Below, in pieces: positions 1 to 13,229 of a DNA stretch of 64,000 bases. The notes beneath the pieces are model-generated. The model did not search any database, had not been told where the DNA came from, and was given only the letters and a program-made list of their open reading frames with translations. Position numbers and translations under genes: made by a program. Numbering within the stretch: position 1 is the stretch's first letter; each line of letters opens with the position of its first letter. Source of the DNA: Octopus sinensis (lineage: Eukaryota); NCBI RefSeq assembly GCF_006345805.1, contig NC_042999.1:23560001-23624000 (forward strand), given 5' to 3'.

Positions 1-99
1 AAGTATCCGAAGCGAAGTCAGACGCAAGCAAAATCACATTCTCTGACTATATGCAAAATGGTGTGAGAACCATCTGCCGGTATGTCGCAACCTTTCATA

Positions 100-260
100 C
101 CACGAAAAACATACATACATACATACATACATACATACATGCATGCATGTACGCACGCATAAAGACACATACACATGCACATACACACACACACACACGC
201 TCACACACACACACACACACAAACACACACGTACGCACACACACACACGCACACACATCC
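100..260. repeat. (TACA)n/(CA)n compound microsatellite
   Basis: Direct reading; it produces the spurious VC/HT ORFs 34..312 and 51..323. Confidence 0.95.
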
Positions 261-747
261 TCCTTGACTCTCTCGTCGCTGACACATGACGAAAGGGACT
301 CTTTCTGTCCATTTCTTTCCTAAAGACAAGACGTTCTTTTACCTATCTCCTCTCATGACTGAAAAAGGATCGAGTCTTTCTCATTTGCAAAATTAGCCCC
401 ACTTAATTTTACTCAGATTGTTTTCAATTTTGGAGTATCGATGCAACTCTGACTTTTGATTACGACCAACCAATCTCGTAAATTAAGGAATCTGATATTA
501 TTTGGCATTAGAATTAACAAATTTGGGTAATTTTAGCCAATTAATAGACAGCGTGGCATTAGCAGCTTGTTACCATTACAACCACACGCTGTTTTGTGGT
601 TTACTATTGTCTATGTTGATTTTTCACACTTAATTCTTCACACCACGAGATTCTTTTCGCCTGCCTGTTTTCTTTTAATTTTTCTGTGTATATTACATAT
701 TTTTCTGTGCTTCTGTGTGTTAGTATTTTCCTATGTCAGTGTTTCTC

Positions 748-790
748 CGCCCGTTGACGAGGGACAAACATCCCGAAACTAGTTCGAGCG
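748..790 (+). ncRNA. Minimal type I hammerhead ribozyme motif (Penelope-like-element type), C3U core variant
   Basis: cgcccg-TTGACGA-GGGA caaaca TCCC-GAAA-CTAG-T-T-cgagcg: core box, 4-bp stem II, GAAA, palindromic stem III (ACTAGT), stem I with 5/6 pairs. Confidence 0.6.
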
Positions 791-1491
791 TATCACTCAG
801 GCTTGCGAGGAAGGGATGGCCTCCCTTTGCTGTCTTTTTTCTGTCTTAGTATTTTTCTGTGCTTTTTTTCTGTGTTAATATTTTTACATATTTTTATTTC
901 ATTTATTTTTGAGACTCATTGACTCAGATAGCTGGATTTATGATTTCACTAGGTTAATTCTATTCATAAGAATGTAAATTAGGAGTATTTCTTAAACCGT
1001 TAGCTTGACATTTCAACAACTTAATTGAAATTTAACCCACATAATAGGAACTGAGAGAGATATCGTGGAACAGAGAAACTGTGGGCGATACAGATAATTT
1101 GACATTATTTTTGAACTCTGCATGCAAAAACATACGAGATACAGGTATTCTTTTCCTTGAGACAAATTCTTTGTTGACCAGAGTTATTCTTATCGTAGTT
1201 TACAAATCCAAGCTTGAATACATTATTTAGCTTTGGATTTTTGGAGACAGACACACGCACATTAATACATAAATGTACAAATAAACTTTTATATGAATAC
1301 ATACATCCACATGCACTTATGTATTAATGATGTACACAAATACATGACAGGTATACATAATACTGAAATACGCATAAAGTAAACACATGCAGACAAATAT
1401 ATTAATACAACAAATTTAAAATATAAAACTATATACAGCCAAAGAAGATACAAAAGAAACAGCAAGATGATACATGTTGATTTTATTAGGT

Positions 1492-1894
1492 ACTAGCAGT
1501 ATCGCCTGGCGTTGCTCGGGTTTGTAAGGGAAATAACTATAAAGCATTTTTAGAGAGTTATAGCCCAAAAAATAGCAAAAAAATGCATTAAAAATGGAAA
1601 AAAAATTATGGTAAATTTTTTTTTAAATCGTTGACTCATCGTAGACATTTTTAGAGAGTTACTTCCCTTATATAAAACCGAGTAAAAAATGCATTAAAAT
1701 GGAAAAAAATGATGGTAAATTATTTTTAAAATCGTAGACTCATCGTAGACGCGCGCTAATACCCAGAAGGGCTCGATATGAATCACGACTATAAGATACC
1801 CGAATTTGGTTAAACTGCACCGCAAAATGTGGGAGTTGTTAGGAATCTAAATCGTAGGGGACAGACACACAACTTCACTTTTATATATAAAGAT
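1492..1894 (+). mobile_element. Non-autonomous Helitron/Helentron-like element, copy 1
   Basis: Starts ACTAGCAGTATCGCC..GGCGTTGCTCGG and ends TTTTATATATAAAGAT; no TIR or TSD; near-identical copies at 7169-7566 and 7777-8192. Confidence 0.7.
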
Positions 1895-2436
1895 TTCTGT
1901 TTAGTTAGAAACCTACAATGAACAGGTCAGACGCTAAACTATGCATTTCACAGGGTACAACCTTAAAGTTGACATCGCTCGGCTAGACACAGAAAATTCC
2001 TGTCTCGCTATTGGCAAAAAATATACAGTTTTTCGATTTTTAAACTTCTCTGACTTTTTTCTCCAATTTTTTTTTCTCCACAACATCATACCTTTAAAAC
2101 AATGAGACTGGAAAGATACATTATTATAACCAATTTTTAGTTTCAGATCTTTTACTGTCTTTTAGAAAATGCACAGGTTTGCGAATGAAAAGAAAACAAA
2201 ACAGGATCCGCTAAAATTGACCAAATTTCTCAACTTTAACGCCGAATAACATCAGATTCTTTAATTTACGAGATAAAGTATTCGGTTAATCGTAATCAAA
2301 ATTCAGAGTTGCATCGATACACCAAAATTGAAATCAATCAGAGCACAATTAAAGGGGGATCATTTTGCGAATGAAAAAGTCTCGATCCCGCGTTCGTAAT
2401 GATCACCATCGTTACAGCATTGTTGTTATAATCCAT

Positions 2437-2631
2437 TCTATTATAGGCACAAGGCCTGAAGTTTTTGGGGAGACGACTAGTCGATTAGATCGACCCAAGA
2501 ATTTCACTGGTACTTAATTTTATCGACCCCAAACGGATGAAAGGCAAAGTCAACTTCAGCAGAATTTGAACTCAGAACGTAGCGACGGGCGAAATACCGC
2601 TTAGAATTTCAGCCAGCGTGCTAACGACTCT
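2437..2631 (-). mobile_element. SINE family A (tRNA-like head, MetaSINE-like core)
   Basis: Reverse complement of the recurrent gttcaaattc..gaggtcgactttgcctttcatcctttcggggtcgataaattaagtaccag consensus. Confidence 0.8.
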
Positions 2632-2639
2632 ATCGTTGT

Positions 2640-2704
2640 TATAACAGTCGTCGTCGTCACCATAAACATCACCATTGTCCCCCTTTTCCTCCTCCTCCTC
2701 CTCC

Positions 2705-2746
<42 letters not shown>

Positions 2747-2753
2747 CCATCAC

Positions 2754-2791
<38 letters not shown>

Positions 2792-2792
2792 A

Positions 2793-2826
<34 letters not shown>

Positions 2827-3168
2827 TCATCATCATCAGCAGCAGCAGCAGCAGCATCAGCGGCGGCAGCATCAGCATCATCGCTACCACCACAACCACC
2901 ACAACCCCCATCATCATCGACGCCGTCGCCGCCACCACCAACAACATCATCGCTGCCACCACCACCAAAATCGTCGTCGACGTCGCCACCACCACCGCAA
3001 CCACCACCACGACCACAACCAATATCATCGACGCTGCCGCCGCCGCCACCACCACCACCACCACCCTCACAACAACAACAACATCAACAACGGCGACAAC
3101 GACAAGAACGATGACTGCCACCAACATCCGAACATCATTAACACTGCCAGCTTTTCCACGAGCATCAT

Positions 3169-3200
<32 letters not shown>

Positions 3201-3223
3201 TCATCGTCATCATCATCATCACC

Positions 3224-3269
<46 letters not shown>

Positions 3270-3299
3270 CCATCACCACCACCACCACCACCACCATCG

Positions 3300-3344
<45 letters not shown>

Positions 3345-3480
3345 CCACCACCACCACCACCAGCATCATCATCATCATCATCATCATCGTCGTCGTCGTC
3401 GTCATATCCCCCACCCCGCGACAGCAGCCGCCGTCGCCACGCCTGCAATCGTTATCGACATTATGGCTAGCGTTATCACC
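2640..3480. repeat. Cryptic trinucleotide array (CAT/CAC/CGC/CAA)
   Basis: Direct reading; gives homopolymeric ORFs in all frames. Confidence 0.9.
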
Positions 3481-3850
3481 GTCATCGTCGTTTTCCCGTT
3501 CATTGATTGCCTTTTGTTGGTGCCGCCTCCTTTCTCGAACAGTAGTTAACATTAACCAGAAACAACTCTGTTGGGGCCCCTGGTGGAGACGTTGAGTAGA
3601 GTTGACAGCTAAACAGGGGCCCATAAATAACTTGTTAAAAAAAAATATATTCCCATGAGGACACAACAATCTACAGGAATCATCACCATAGCAACGACAA
3701 CCATCGCAACATCAATTGTAATCTTCACGCTACAAGACTGAAGCAAATAACAACAACGATATCAAAAACAACAACAACAATAATAATAACAATAATAACA
3801 ACTTGCAGAAAACAGCACTGCTTGGAACCGCTCGAATACTCCGGTTGATC

Positions 3851-4085
3851 GGTGAGCTGGCAGAATCGTTAGCACGCCGGGTGAAATGTTTAGCGGTATT
3901 TCGCCTGCCGTTACCTTCTGAGTTCAAGTTCCGCCGAGTTCGACTTTGCCTTTCATCCTTTCAGGGTCGATAAATTAAGTACCAGTTACGCACTGGGGTC
4001 GTCGATATAATCGACTTAATCCGTTTGTCTGTCCTTGTTTGTCCCCTCTGTGTTTAGCCCCTTGTGGGTAGTAAAGAAATAGGTA
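3851..4085 (+). mobile_element. SINE family A
   Basis: Head ggtgagctggcagaatcgttagc (A-box-like), gagttcaagttcc (B-box-like), core, and tail ccccttgtgggtagtaaagaaatag. Preceded at ~3800-3850 by a short Dong-like 3' stub (LQKTALLGTARIL). Confidence 0.85.
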
Positions 4086-4263
4086 CTCGAAAAACAAGAA
4101 GTGTTACCTTAGTTCACTGGTAGTGAGCAGCTGAAACTTGTGGGGAGACGACTAGTCGATTACATGGACCCAAGAATTTCACTGGTATCTAATTTATCGA
4201 CCCTGAAAAGATGAAAGGCAAAGTCGACCTCGGCGGAATAATAATAATAATAATAATAATAAT

Positions 4264-4972
4264 TGCAGTACCAATGCCCTGATGTAGTACCAATGCCCTG
4301 ATGCAGTACCAATGCCCTGATGCAGTACCAATGCCCTGGTACAGTACCTATGCCCTGATGCAGTACCAATGCCCTGATGCAGTATAAATGCCCTGATGCA
4401 GTACCAGGCAGTGGCTATGCCCTGATGCAGTACCAGGCAGTGGCTCTCATTGCTTCTGATCTTAACTGATTGGAAGTGTTATCATGTACATTGTTTTGTC
4501 TTGGTATAAAAGATGGGCTACAGCAAATATTCTGCTCAATACCACAGATTTGCTTGTCAGTTGTTTGACCTTAACCAGTTGAGCATGTCCCTTAGTGGCT
4601 GACGATATGTGCATCTCTGATCACGAGCAGAAGTAGTGGGGGAGCATCATAACCATGTGTTGAGAAGGATTCTTTGGGGTTTGAATAATTCACCTCTGGA
4701 AACATGGGTGTTTCGTTCAACGTCCTTAAACAACCCTTATTCAGGGACCTTTTGAGCGGGATGGGTTACTCGATCTGAAGAAAATTCTAACTGGGCTCCA
4801 CCTGCAAGGTCATGTGCTGTTTATCTTGATATGAGATCACCATGTCGCGCACATATGGTTGTGATGCATGTGCCTGGTGTACCCTTATCAGACGGGTAGT
4901 CATGATGGGTATACTGGGCTTCGTATATTTTACCCCAGTGTCACTTTGATGGCATGCTCTGCTCGCTCACTC
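4264..4972 (-). mobile_element. Unclassified ~550-bp (ATT)n-associated element (family X) with tandemly reiterated terminal 19-mer
   Basis: Reverse-complement match to copies at 26254, 31058 and 39338. Positions 4264-4437 are about 8 units of gcagtaccaatgccctgat; (AAT)n on both sides. Confidence 0.8.
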
Positions 4973-5010
<38 letters not shown>

Positions 5011-5082
5011 TAATAATAATGGTAATGGTGGTGGTGGTGGTGGTGGTGGTGGTGGTAATGATGATGATGATGATGATGATCC

Positions 5083-6414
5083 GATATAGTGTACTCATCT
5101 TGAGATGGACACAAGAGGATATTGACCAACTCGATCGTACTACTCGAAAGACAATGACAATGCATGGTGCCCTCCACTCTAAGGCAAATGTACCCAGGCT
5201 CTACATGAAGAAAGGTAAGGGTGGACGTGGGATGATTAGCGTGCGGGAGTGCACCAGCAGTGGAAAAAGAAGCATGGCAGAATATTTGGTAAACATCAAA
5301 GAAGACCTGCTACAGTATGCTGCTAGTGTAGAAGGAGTTAACAAAAATGGACTTGAGAGTGTTCATGAATTCCAAACAAGAACAGCCAACGAGAGAGAAG
5401 AAACCCTACTCTGTATGGAATTATATGGTCAGTTCCACCGTGAAACCAACAAATTAAAAGACCAGGAAGCATCATGGAGGTGGCTCATCAAGGGTGACCT
5501 AAAAATGAATACTGAAATCCTTAATCATCGCGGCCGAGGACTAGGTATTGAATACCAACTCAGTGAAAAAGAATATATACCACTCAAGTGCATCAGATCT
5601 CTGCAGAATATGTGGGAAGAGGGTTGAAAAATGGACTTGTTTTCTGCAAGTAGTTGTTATTATTGTTGTTGATGATATTGTTGTTGTTATTTGCTTCAGT
5701 CTTGTAGCGTGAAGATTACAATTGATGTTGCGGTGGTTGTCGTTGCTATGGTGATGATTCCTGTAGATTGTTAGTACATTGTTAGTACTTGTGAAAGTCA
5801 TGCACAGAAAGAGTACAAGCGTAGACACAACAAAGTAACCCAAAACCTCCACTGGCTACTATGCGGGAAGTATGGATTTGAGGTTACGGGTGCTTGGTAC
5901 CAACATACACCGAAAAAGGTAATGGACGAGAAGGGGAAGATAAAAATCCTCTGGGACTTTGATTTCCAGAAATACAAAGTGTTAGAGCACTGAATACGGA
6001 TTTAGGAACCTTTAGAAGGGAGAAACAAGAGTGCCTAATAATTAACATAGCAGCGCCAGGAGATCAACATATCATCATGAAAGAAAGAGAAAAGGTTGAT
6101 AAATATGGACACCTGAGAATCGAGATCGCTAAGATGTGGCAGCTACGAGAGTCGAACGTAAAGGTTATCTGAATTGTCGTCGGAGCATTAGGTTCAATAC
6201 CACCCAATCAGAAAAAAAACCTTCTGAAAATCTAGCGATACCCTACAATCTAGATGTATTGCAAAAGTCGGCATTACTTGGAACTGCACGCATATTGAGT
6301 AAAAAACTGTCTGTCTGCGGTCCTTGTTGTGACTTGACAAACAGCATAAAACCCCTGGTAGACACAATATTTTCAATCAACAACCTCACGATATTGTATA
6401 CTGTGCGACGTCTA

Positions 6415-6415
<1 letters not shown>
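5083..6415 (+). mobile_element. Decayed R4/Dong-type LINE 3' half (post-RT, CCHC and RLE nuclease region)
   Basis: ORF 5007..5627 DQLDRTTRKTMTMHGALH..RLYMKKGKGGRG; then CRICG, HIVSTC..KEYKRRHNKV and LQKSALLGTARIL in shifted frames; ends at a (TAA)n array. Confidence 0.85.
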
Positions 6416-6929
<514 letters not shown>

Positions 6930-6930
<1 letters not shown>

Positions 6931-7725
6931 TACAGGAGACCTTAAAAGTGATCGAAGCCGTAAATCCAACACGATTTATGAAAGACCAGATCGAACAGAT
7001 GAAGAAAATTTGGCAGGACAAGAAAATGCACGGTCAGTTCTTGAAGAATAAGGATGAGATTGATTGGAACAGAACCCGGCAATGGCTGCAGAAAAGAGAC
7101 TTAAAAGGGCCCACTGAGGCATTAGTGTACAGGGCTCAAGAATAAGCTCTCAGAACAAACTATTCCGAACTAGCAGTATCGCCCGGCGTTGCTCGGGTTT
7201 GTAAGGGAAATAACTATATAAGCATTTTTAGAGAGTTATAGCCAAAAAATAGCAAAAAAATGCATTAAAAATGGGAAAAAATGATGGTAAATTTTTTTAA
7301 AAATCGTTGACTCATCGTAGACATTTTTAGAGAGTTACTTCCCTTATATAATAGCGAAAAAATGCATTAAAATGAAAAACATGATGGTAATTTTTTTTTT
7401 AAATCGTAGACTCATCGTAGACGCGCGCTAATACCCAGAAGGGCTCGATATGAATCACGACTATACGATACCCGCTTTTGGTTACACTGCACCGCAAAAT
7501 GTGGGAGTTGTTAGGAATCTAAATCGTAGGAGACAGACACACAACTTCACTTTTATATATAAAGATATCACTTTGATAATAGCACTGAATCACCATAGTG
7601 TAGAATCTGCTCTGAGAAGGAAGAAAGTATAAGCCATATTGTTAGTGAGTGCCGTAAGCTCGCACAACGCAAATACAAAAAGGAGACACGGCAATGTGGC
7701 CAGATATGTCCACTTTAATACAACA
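6930..7725 (+). mobile_element. R4/Dong-type LINE fragment interrupted by a Helitron-like insertion
   Basis: MHGQFLK..WLQKRDLKGPTEALVYRAQE before 7169; CRICSEKEESISHIVSECRKLAQRKYKRRHGNVARYVH resumes after 7566. Confidence 0.8.
7169..7566 (+). mobile_element. Helitron/Helentron-like non-autonomous element, copy 2
   Basis: Same termini and body as 1492-1894; it splits a LINE reading frame, which shows it is an insertion. Confidence 0.75.
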
Positions 7726-7776
7726 ATTATTTTACACACGTATATATCTAATATTGATTTCCTGATATTAATAATA

Positions 7777-8192
7777 ATCTTTATATATAAAAGTGAGGTT
7801 GTGTGCTGTCTGTCTCCTACGATTTAGATTCCTAACTACTCCCACATTTTGCGGTGCAGTTTAACCAAAACCGGGTATCTTATAGTCGTGATTCATATCG
7901 AGCCCTTCTGGGTATTAGCGCGCGTCTACGATGAGTCTACGATGAGTCTACGATGAGTCTACGATTTAAAAAAAAATTTACCATCAATTTTTCCCATTTT
8001 TAATGCATTTTTGGCATATATAAGGGAAGTAACTCTCTAAAAATTTATTAAATCTTAGAACGTAAAAAGCTACAGTAACACTCCCCCTTGTGGTTAACCA
8101 TATTGAGATGGGTATTATACTTTACACCTCTAAAAATGCTTATATAGTTATTACCCTTACAAATCCGAGCAACGCCGGGCGATACTGCTAGT
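7777..8192 (-). mobile_element. Helitron/Helentron-like non-autonomous element, copy 3 (inverted)
   Basis: Reverse complement of copies 1 and 2, with a triplicated gagtctacgat unit and an extra ~90-bp internal segment. Confidence 0.75.
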
Positions 8193-8332
8193 ATATTATA
8201 AAAAATATATATAATCGCTTGTATTAAATACATAAATACTTTAATAGTAATAATACTTTGATACAATAGAGCACTCAATATTAATTCAGTATATATATTC
8301 TCATTGAATATATTTAACTAAAGATATATATA

Positions 8333-8371
<39 letters not shown>

Positions 8372-8722
8372 TGTGTGTGTCTAGTATGTGTATACGTGAG
8401 ATAATAGTTTCAGTATTAAAATGAAAGTATTATCTCTGTACAATACAGATGTTATTGTTTTCCTTTTGACACGTAAAACTTTCTTCTCGCCTTTTCTTGT
8501 ATCTTCTCTTATTCTATCGGCCTGTTCTAGCTTGTTATGCCATGCGAACGTAGCGTGAGGATTGCGTGAAGTCACCACAGTGATATAAAATGCTGTCTGA
8601 TTTCTTTTCATTGCTTGAAACTGTTAGTAGCTCATAAAAATATATCCCATGTTTATTGAACAATATTTATCTCTCACCAGATGGAGTACTCTTGTTGATC
8701 TTACGTTCAAGGAGCAGTATAA

Positions 8723-8753
<31 letters not shown>

Positions 8754-8819
8754 TGTATGTATGTATGTATGTATGTATGTATGTATGTATGTATGTATGT
8801 ATGTATGTATGTTTGTATG

Positions 8820-9163
8820 TAAAGCCTCAGTAAAGCTGGACTAAAGAGTCATCTTCGTAGTCATAAAGCGAGACAGATGAGTGACAACTTGGCCACTGGT
8901 GATGGTGTTAGACACCATACTAATCATATATGTCGGGCATGTGGAAGAGGGTGTAATTCGGCAGGAGGACTTAAACGACATGCAAAGGTACATGAAGCCC
9001 AGTTACAACTACAGCCGGCTAAAACCGGTAAAGGTTTTAGTTGCCAATTCTGTACAAGACATTGTAGATCTTTAGCTGGGCTAAAAAGTCACATTCGATC
9101 ACAGCACCAGTAACAGTTAAGCTTCGTGCAAAGGCCATACTCGATAACGAGGGGGCAGCCATC
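8820..9163 (+). mobile_element. 3' end of an RTE-like LINE with tandem C2H2 fingers
   Basis: KAGLKSHLRSH..CRACGRGCNSAGGLKRHAKVH..CQFCTRHCRSLAGLKSHIRSQH*, short 3' UTR, then an (ATGT)n tail. GLxSHxRxH-type fingers lack TGEKP linkers. Confidence 0.65.
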
Positions 9164-9729
9164 ATGTATGTATGCATGTATGTATTATCTATGTATGTAT
9201 GTATGTATGTATGTATGTATGTATGTATGTATGTATGTATGCCTATGCTCCTTGTATTCATATACAACACATGTAGCTACAGGCATAGTATCATGCTGAT
9301 ACTAACTATTATTGTTGTTGCCAGCTGGTTATTCAAATATTAGTAGGTTAGTAATGGTGTTGGAGTTGGTTGTATTGGTTGGTGATGGTGATGCTGGTGG
9401 GTACTGTTGGTAGTGGCATTGATTATATTGTCCTAGGTAATTACATTTTTCTTGCTGTTTAGTTTCGAATCAATCTTCATTGACCTATGATCGAAGACAT
9501 TTTCATTTGCGTTTTAAAATGAGCTAAGGTACTATATCGTCTCATGACGTTGACTCTTATTTTAGATGGAAATACTTATCTTGTTGATATTATTGTTGGT
9601 GTTGTGGTTGGTCATTAATGAACTGGTGGCATGGTAATGGTGGTGGTTGTACTGGTTTGGATATTGATGGTGGTTGTGTTTTATGTCAATATATTGTGAT
9701 GATGGTAAAAGATGTTTATACAATACGTG

Positions 9730-9763
9730 TGTATATATGTGTGTGCGCATGTATGTATATATA

Positions 9764-9820
<57 letters not shown>

Positions 9821-9945
9821 ATATATATACATATAGATATATATATATATATACATACACATATAGTTATATGTATAGATATAATCATATATATGTATGT
9901 TTATGTGTACACACATATATAGCATATATATATGTATGTCACTCT

Positions 9946-9992
<47 letters not shown>

Positions 9993-10070
9993 ATATATAT
10001 ATGTGTGTATGTATGTATGTATGTATGTAGTATGTATGTATGTATATATGTGTGTGTGTGTGTGTATTCG
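9730..10070. repeat. (TA)n/(TATG)n/(TG)n compound microsatellite
   Basis: Direct reading. Confidence 0.95.
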
Positions 10071-10344
10071 CAGTGATAAATTCTATTCCACACACTGTGT
10101 TTATAGTGACTCATACACAAACACTTGCATATTCGCACGTACACACATATACACTCCCCCTCTCTCTCTCTGACATACACACACGCAATTATGTATGTTT
10201 AGTGACTATAGATTTTCACAATGTTTACTATGGTGATCTTTTGGATGAGAAGAAAGCGTAGTTTTTAAATTGACAAAATTTATCCAAGTTTCTGTGATGG
10301 CGAAATTACAGGCCATATCCCAAAGCACCATAACCAGAGATGTT

Positions 10345-11260
<916 letters not shown>

Positions 11261-11522
11261 CGTATATTTATGAAGGTCTGCTTGCGTGCATGTATGTCTG
11301 CATGCATACATGCATGTTTACAAACACGTTTGTATGTACAGAAGTATATATGTGGGAACAGCTATGTCGTTGTGTATGAATCTGTTTTGTCTTATGTATA
11401 TGTTGTACACATACATAAATTTACACGCTTACGTTAACATCTTAAGTAGTTCACACAACTACTTAAGATGTAAGTGATATTCTCAGTGTTAATTCCATAG
11501 TCTGTTATCAGCGATCACATAA

Positions 11523-11755
11523 GGCGGCGAGCTGGCAGAAACGTTAGCACGCCGGGCGAAATGCGTAGCCGTATTTCGTCTGCTGTTACGTTCTGAGTTC
11601 AAATTCCGTCGAGGTCGACTTTGCCTTTCATCCTTTCGGGGTCGATTAAATAAGTACCAGTTATGCACTGGGGTCGATATAATCGACTTAATCCGTTTGT
11701 CTGTCCTTGTTTGTCCTCTCTGTGTTAAGCCCCTTGTGGGTAGTGAAGAAATAGG
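11523..11755 (+). mobile_element. SINE family A, full length
   Basis: ggcggcgagctggcagaaacgttagcacgccggg head through the gtagtgaagaaatag tail. Confidence 0.9.
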
Positions 11756-11799
11756 ACACATCTAGATGGCCTCCCTGCAATCCTATCTCTTCTGTGCAG

Positions 11800-12560
11800 C
11801 AAGGATTCTGTGGTTATCTCTTGTTTCTGCATTAAACAAGTATATCCTTAAAAACGAGAGCTAATATCCTGATTGTTAGTCTAAGATAAACCACTTTGGT
11901 TAACAAGGTTGTTGTCACTCTGAAGTTTTCTAGGAATATAGCTGTGCTTGACCTTTCGCTTCTCCTGTTGATGTATTTAGATATCTGTAACGTCTTTAGG
12001 TGTGTATTCCTAGACATCAGTTTGGGACAACTTTACAATAAACTTCTCTGCAAATTCTCATAATGTTATCTGCTTCAAGTGTGGAAAAATCATCATTTAA
12101 CCTATAGATACCAAAGAGCATCCATGGATGCTTTCTGATCCACCTACTCGCAAACTGTGGAGCGGATATGATACAACACTCAAAGCTGTTTTCATCGATG
12201 CTCGCCTCGGTTTCGTTTCTCATAGAGGCGACCTACATCTGTTGGTCTAGAAATTTCATGATGATTTTGATGATTTTTCTGTTTTAACATCAATATGTCC
12301 TGGTTATGACTTTAATTTGCATCCGTTAGTGGGGACCTGTTCCAGGATTTTGATGAATGAAGGGCCACCCCTTAGCCATTATTGTTCTCCGGTCTACTCT
12401 GGCCCAGTTATTTGTTAAATAGCATGTCACTCATCGAACTGAATAGGTCAGCTGGACCTAGAGAGTCTGTGAGGTCGATTTCCTCTCCTTGAAGCGTCAA
12501 AACCACTTCTTTGTAGTTCTTTCAGTAACAGCGCCTTCTGTGTACTCAAATAAATGTCTC
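11800..12560 (-). mobile_element. Highly degraded retroelement pol remnant, possibly LTR integrase-like
   Basis: Broken minus-strand frames with ..RKHPW.. and ..DDFSTLEADNIMRICREVYCKVVPN; resemblance to integrase cores is weak. Confidence 0.3.
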
Positions 12561-13229
12561 AAGCGGCTTTGACAGTTTTTGAATCTTGATCGAAAGAAAA
12601 GAGACGCAAATATTGAAAATGCTTATTTCCTCTGCTTGACACTCCGTCATCATATGTATGAAAAGAGATAAAATTTGTTCAAATTTCAAAAACGATAAAC
12701 AAACATTATAGAGAATAGAGCTTAAAAAACACACAAAAAAGCCCTTAAAAAATCCCATAAAGCGCGACAATAAAAATATTTTTCATGTTAATTCAAAAAA
12801 CAATGGAAAGACACGAACGAATTTATGCGGCAAACCCAATAGATTTCTTATATTTCTTCGATGTTTCCCTTCCATTCTTCCCTAGTAGTGTTGATGTCGC
12901 GCCCAACAGTGTCACTTGTAGCAAATCCCTGCTGGGTGAATTTAGGTTAAAGACGAATCAGAAAGAAATATTTTTACTACATGGATTTGTAACACAGGCA
13001 CGAGGACAAAAACTTTGTTGAAAATTTGGGGCGTAATGTCATTTTAATTATAAAATCGTATATTTGACTGGTACGTAATTTATCGACCCTGTAAATGACG
13101 AAAGTGCAAACTCGACCGCGGCAGGATTTGAACTCAAAAGACTAGAACAAATATCCTAAAGATAATTTCGTTTGGCACTTTACCGAGTCAACCTGTTTAC
13201 AACCTGCAATCTCGAATATTTATCATTCA

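Larger units (their letters stand above)
365..2389. repeat. Pair of diverged inverted repeats (arms ~365-540 and ~2205-2389)
   Basis: ggatcgagtctttctcatttgcaaaatt...gtatcgatgcaactctgacttttgattacga at 367-470 aligns with the reverse complement of 2290-2389; similarity continues to aaatttgg(g/t)(t/c)aattttagc. Confidence 0.75.

Noticed and set aside
2601-3669. Poly-Ser/His/Asp/Met ORFs (similar ones at 6243-6972, 18357-18929, 61278-62097)
   Set aside because: Simple-repeat translations, open in several frames at once, with no domain or splice support.
4264-4437. 19-bp tandem array as a CRISPR-like repeat
   Set aside because: No unique spacers, eukaryotic context, and the unit is the terminus of the adjacent family X element.
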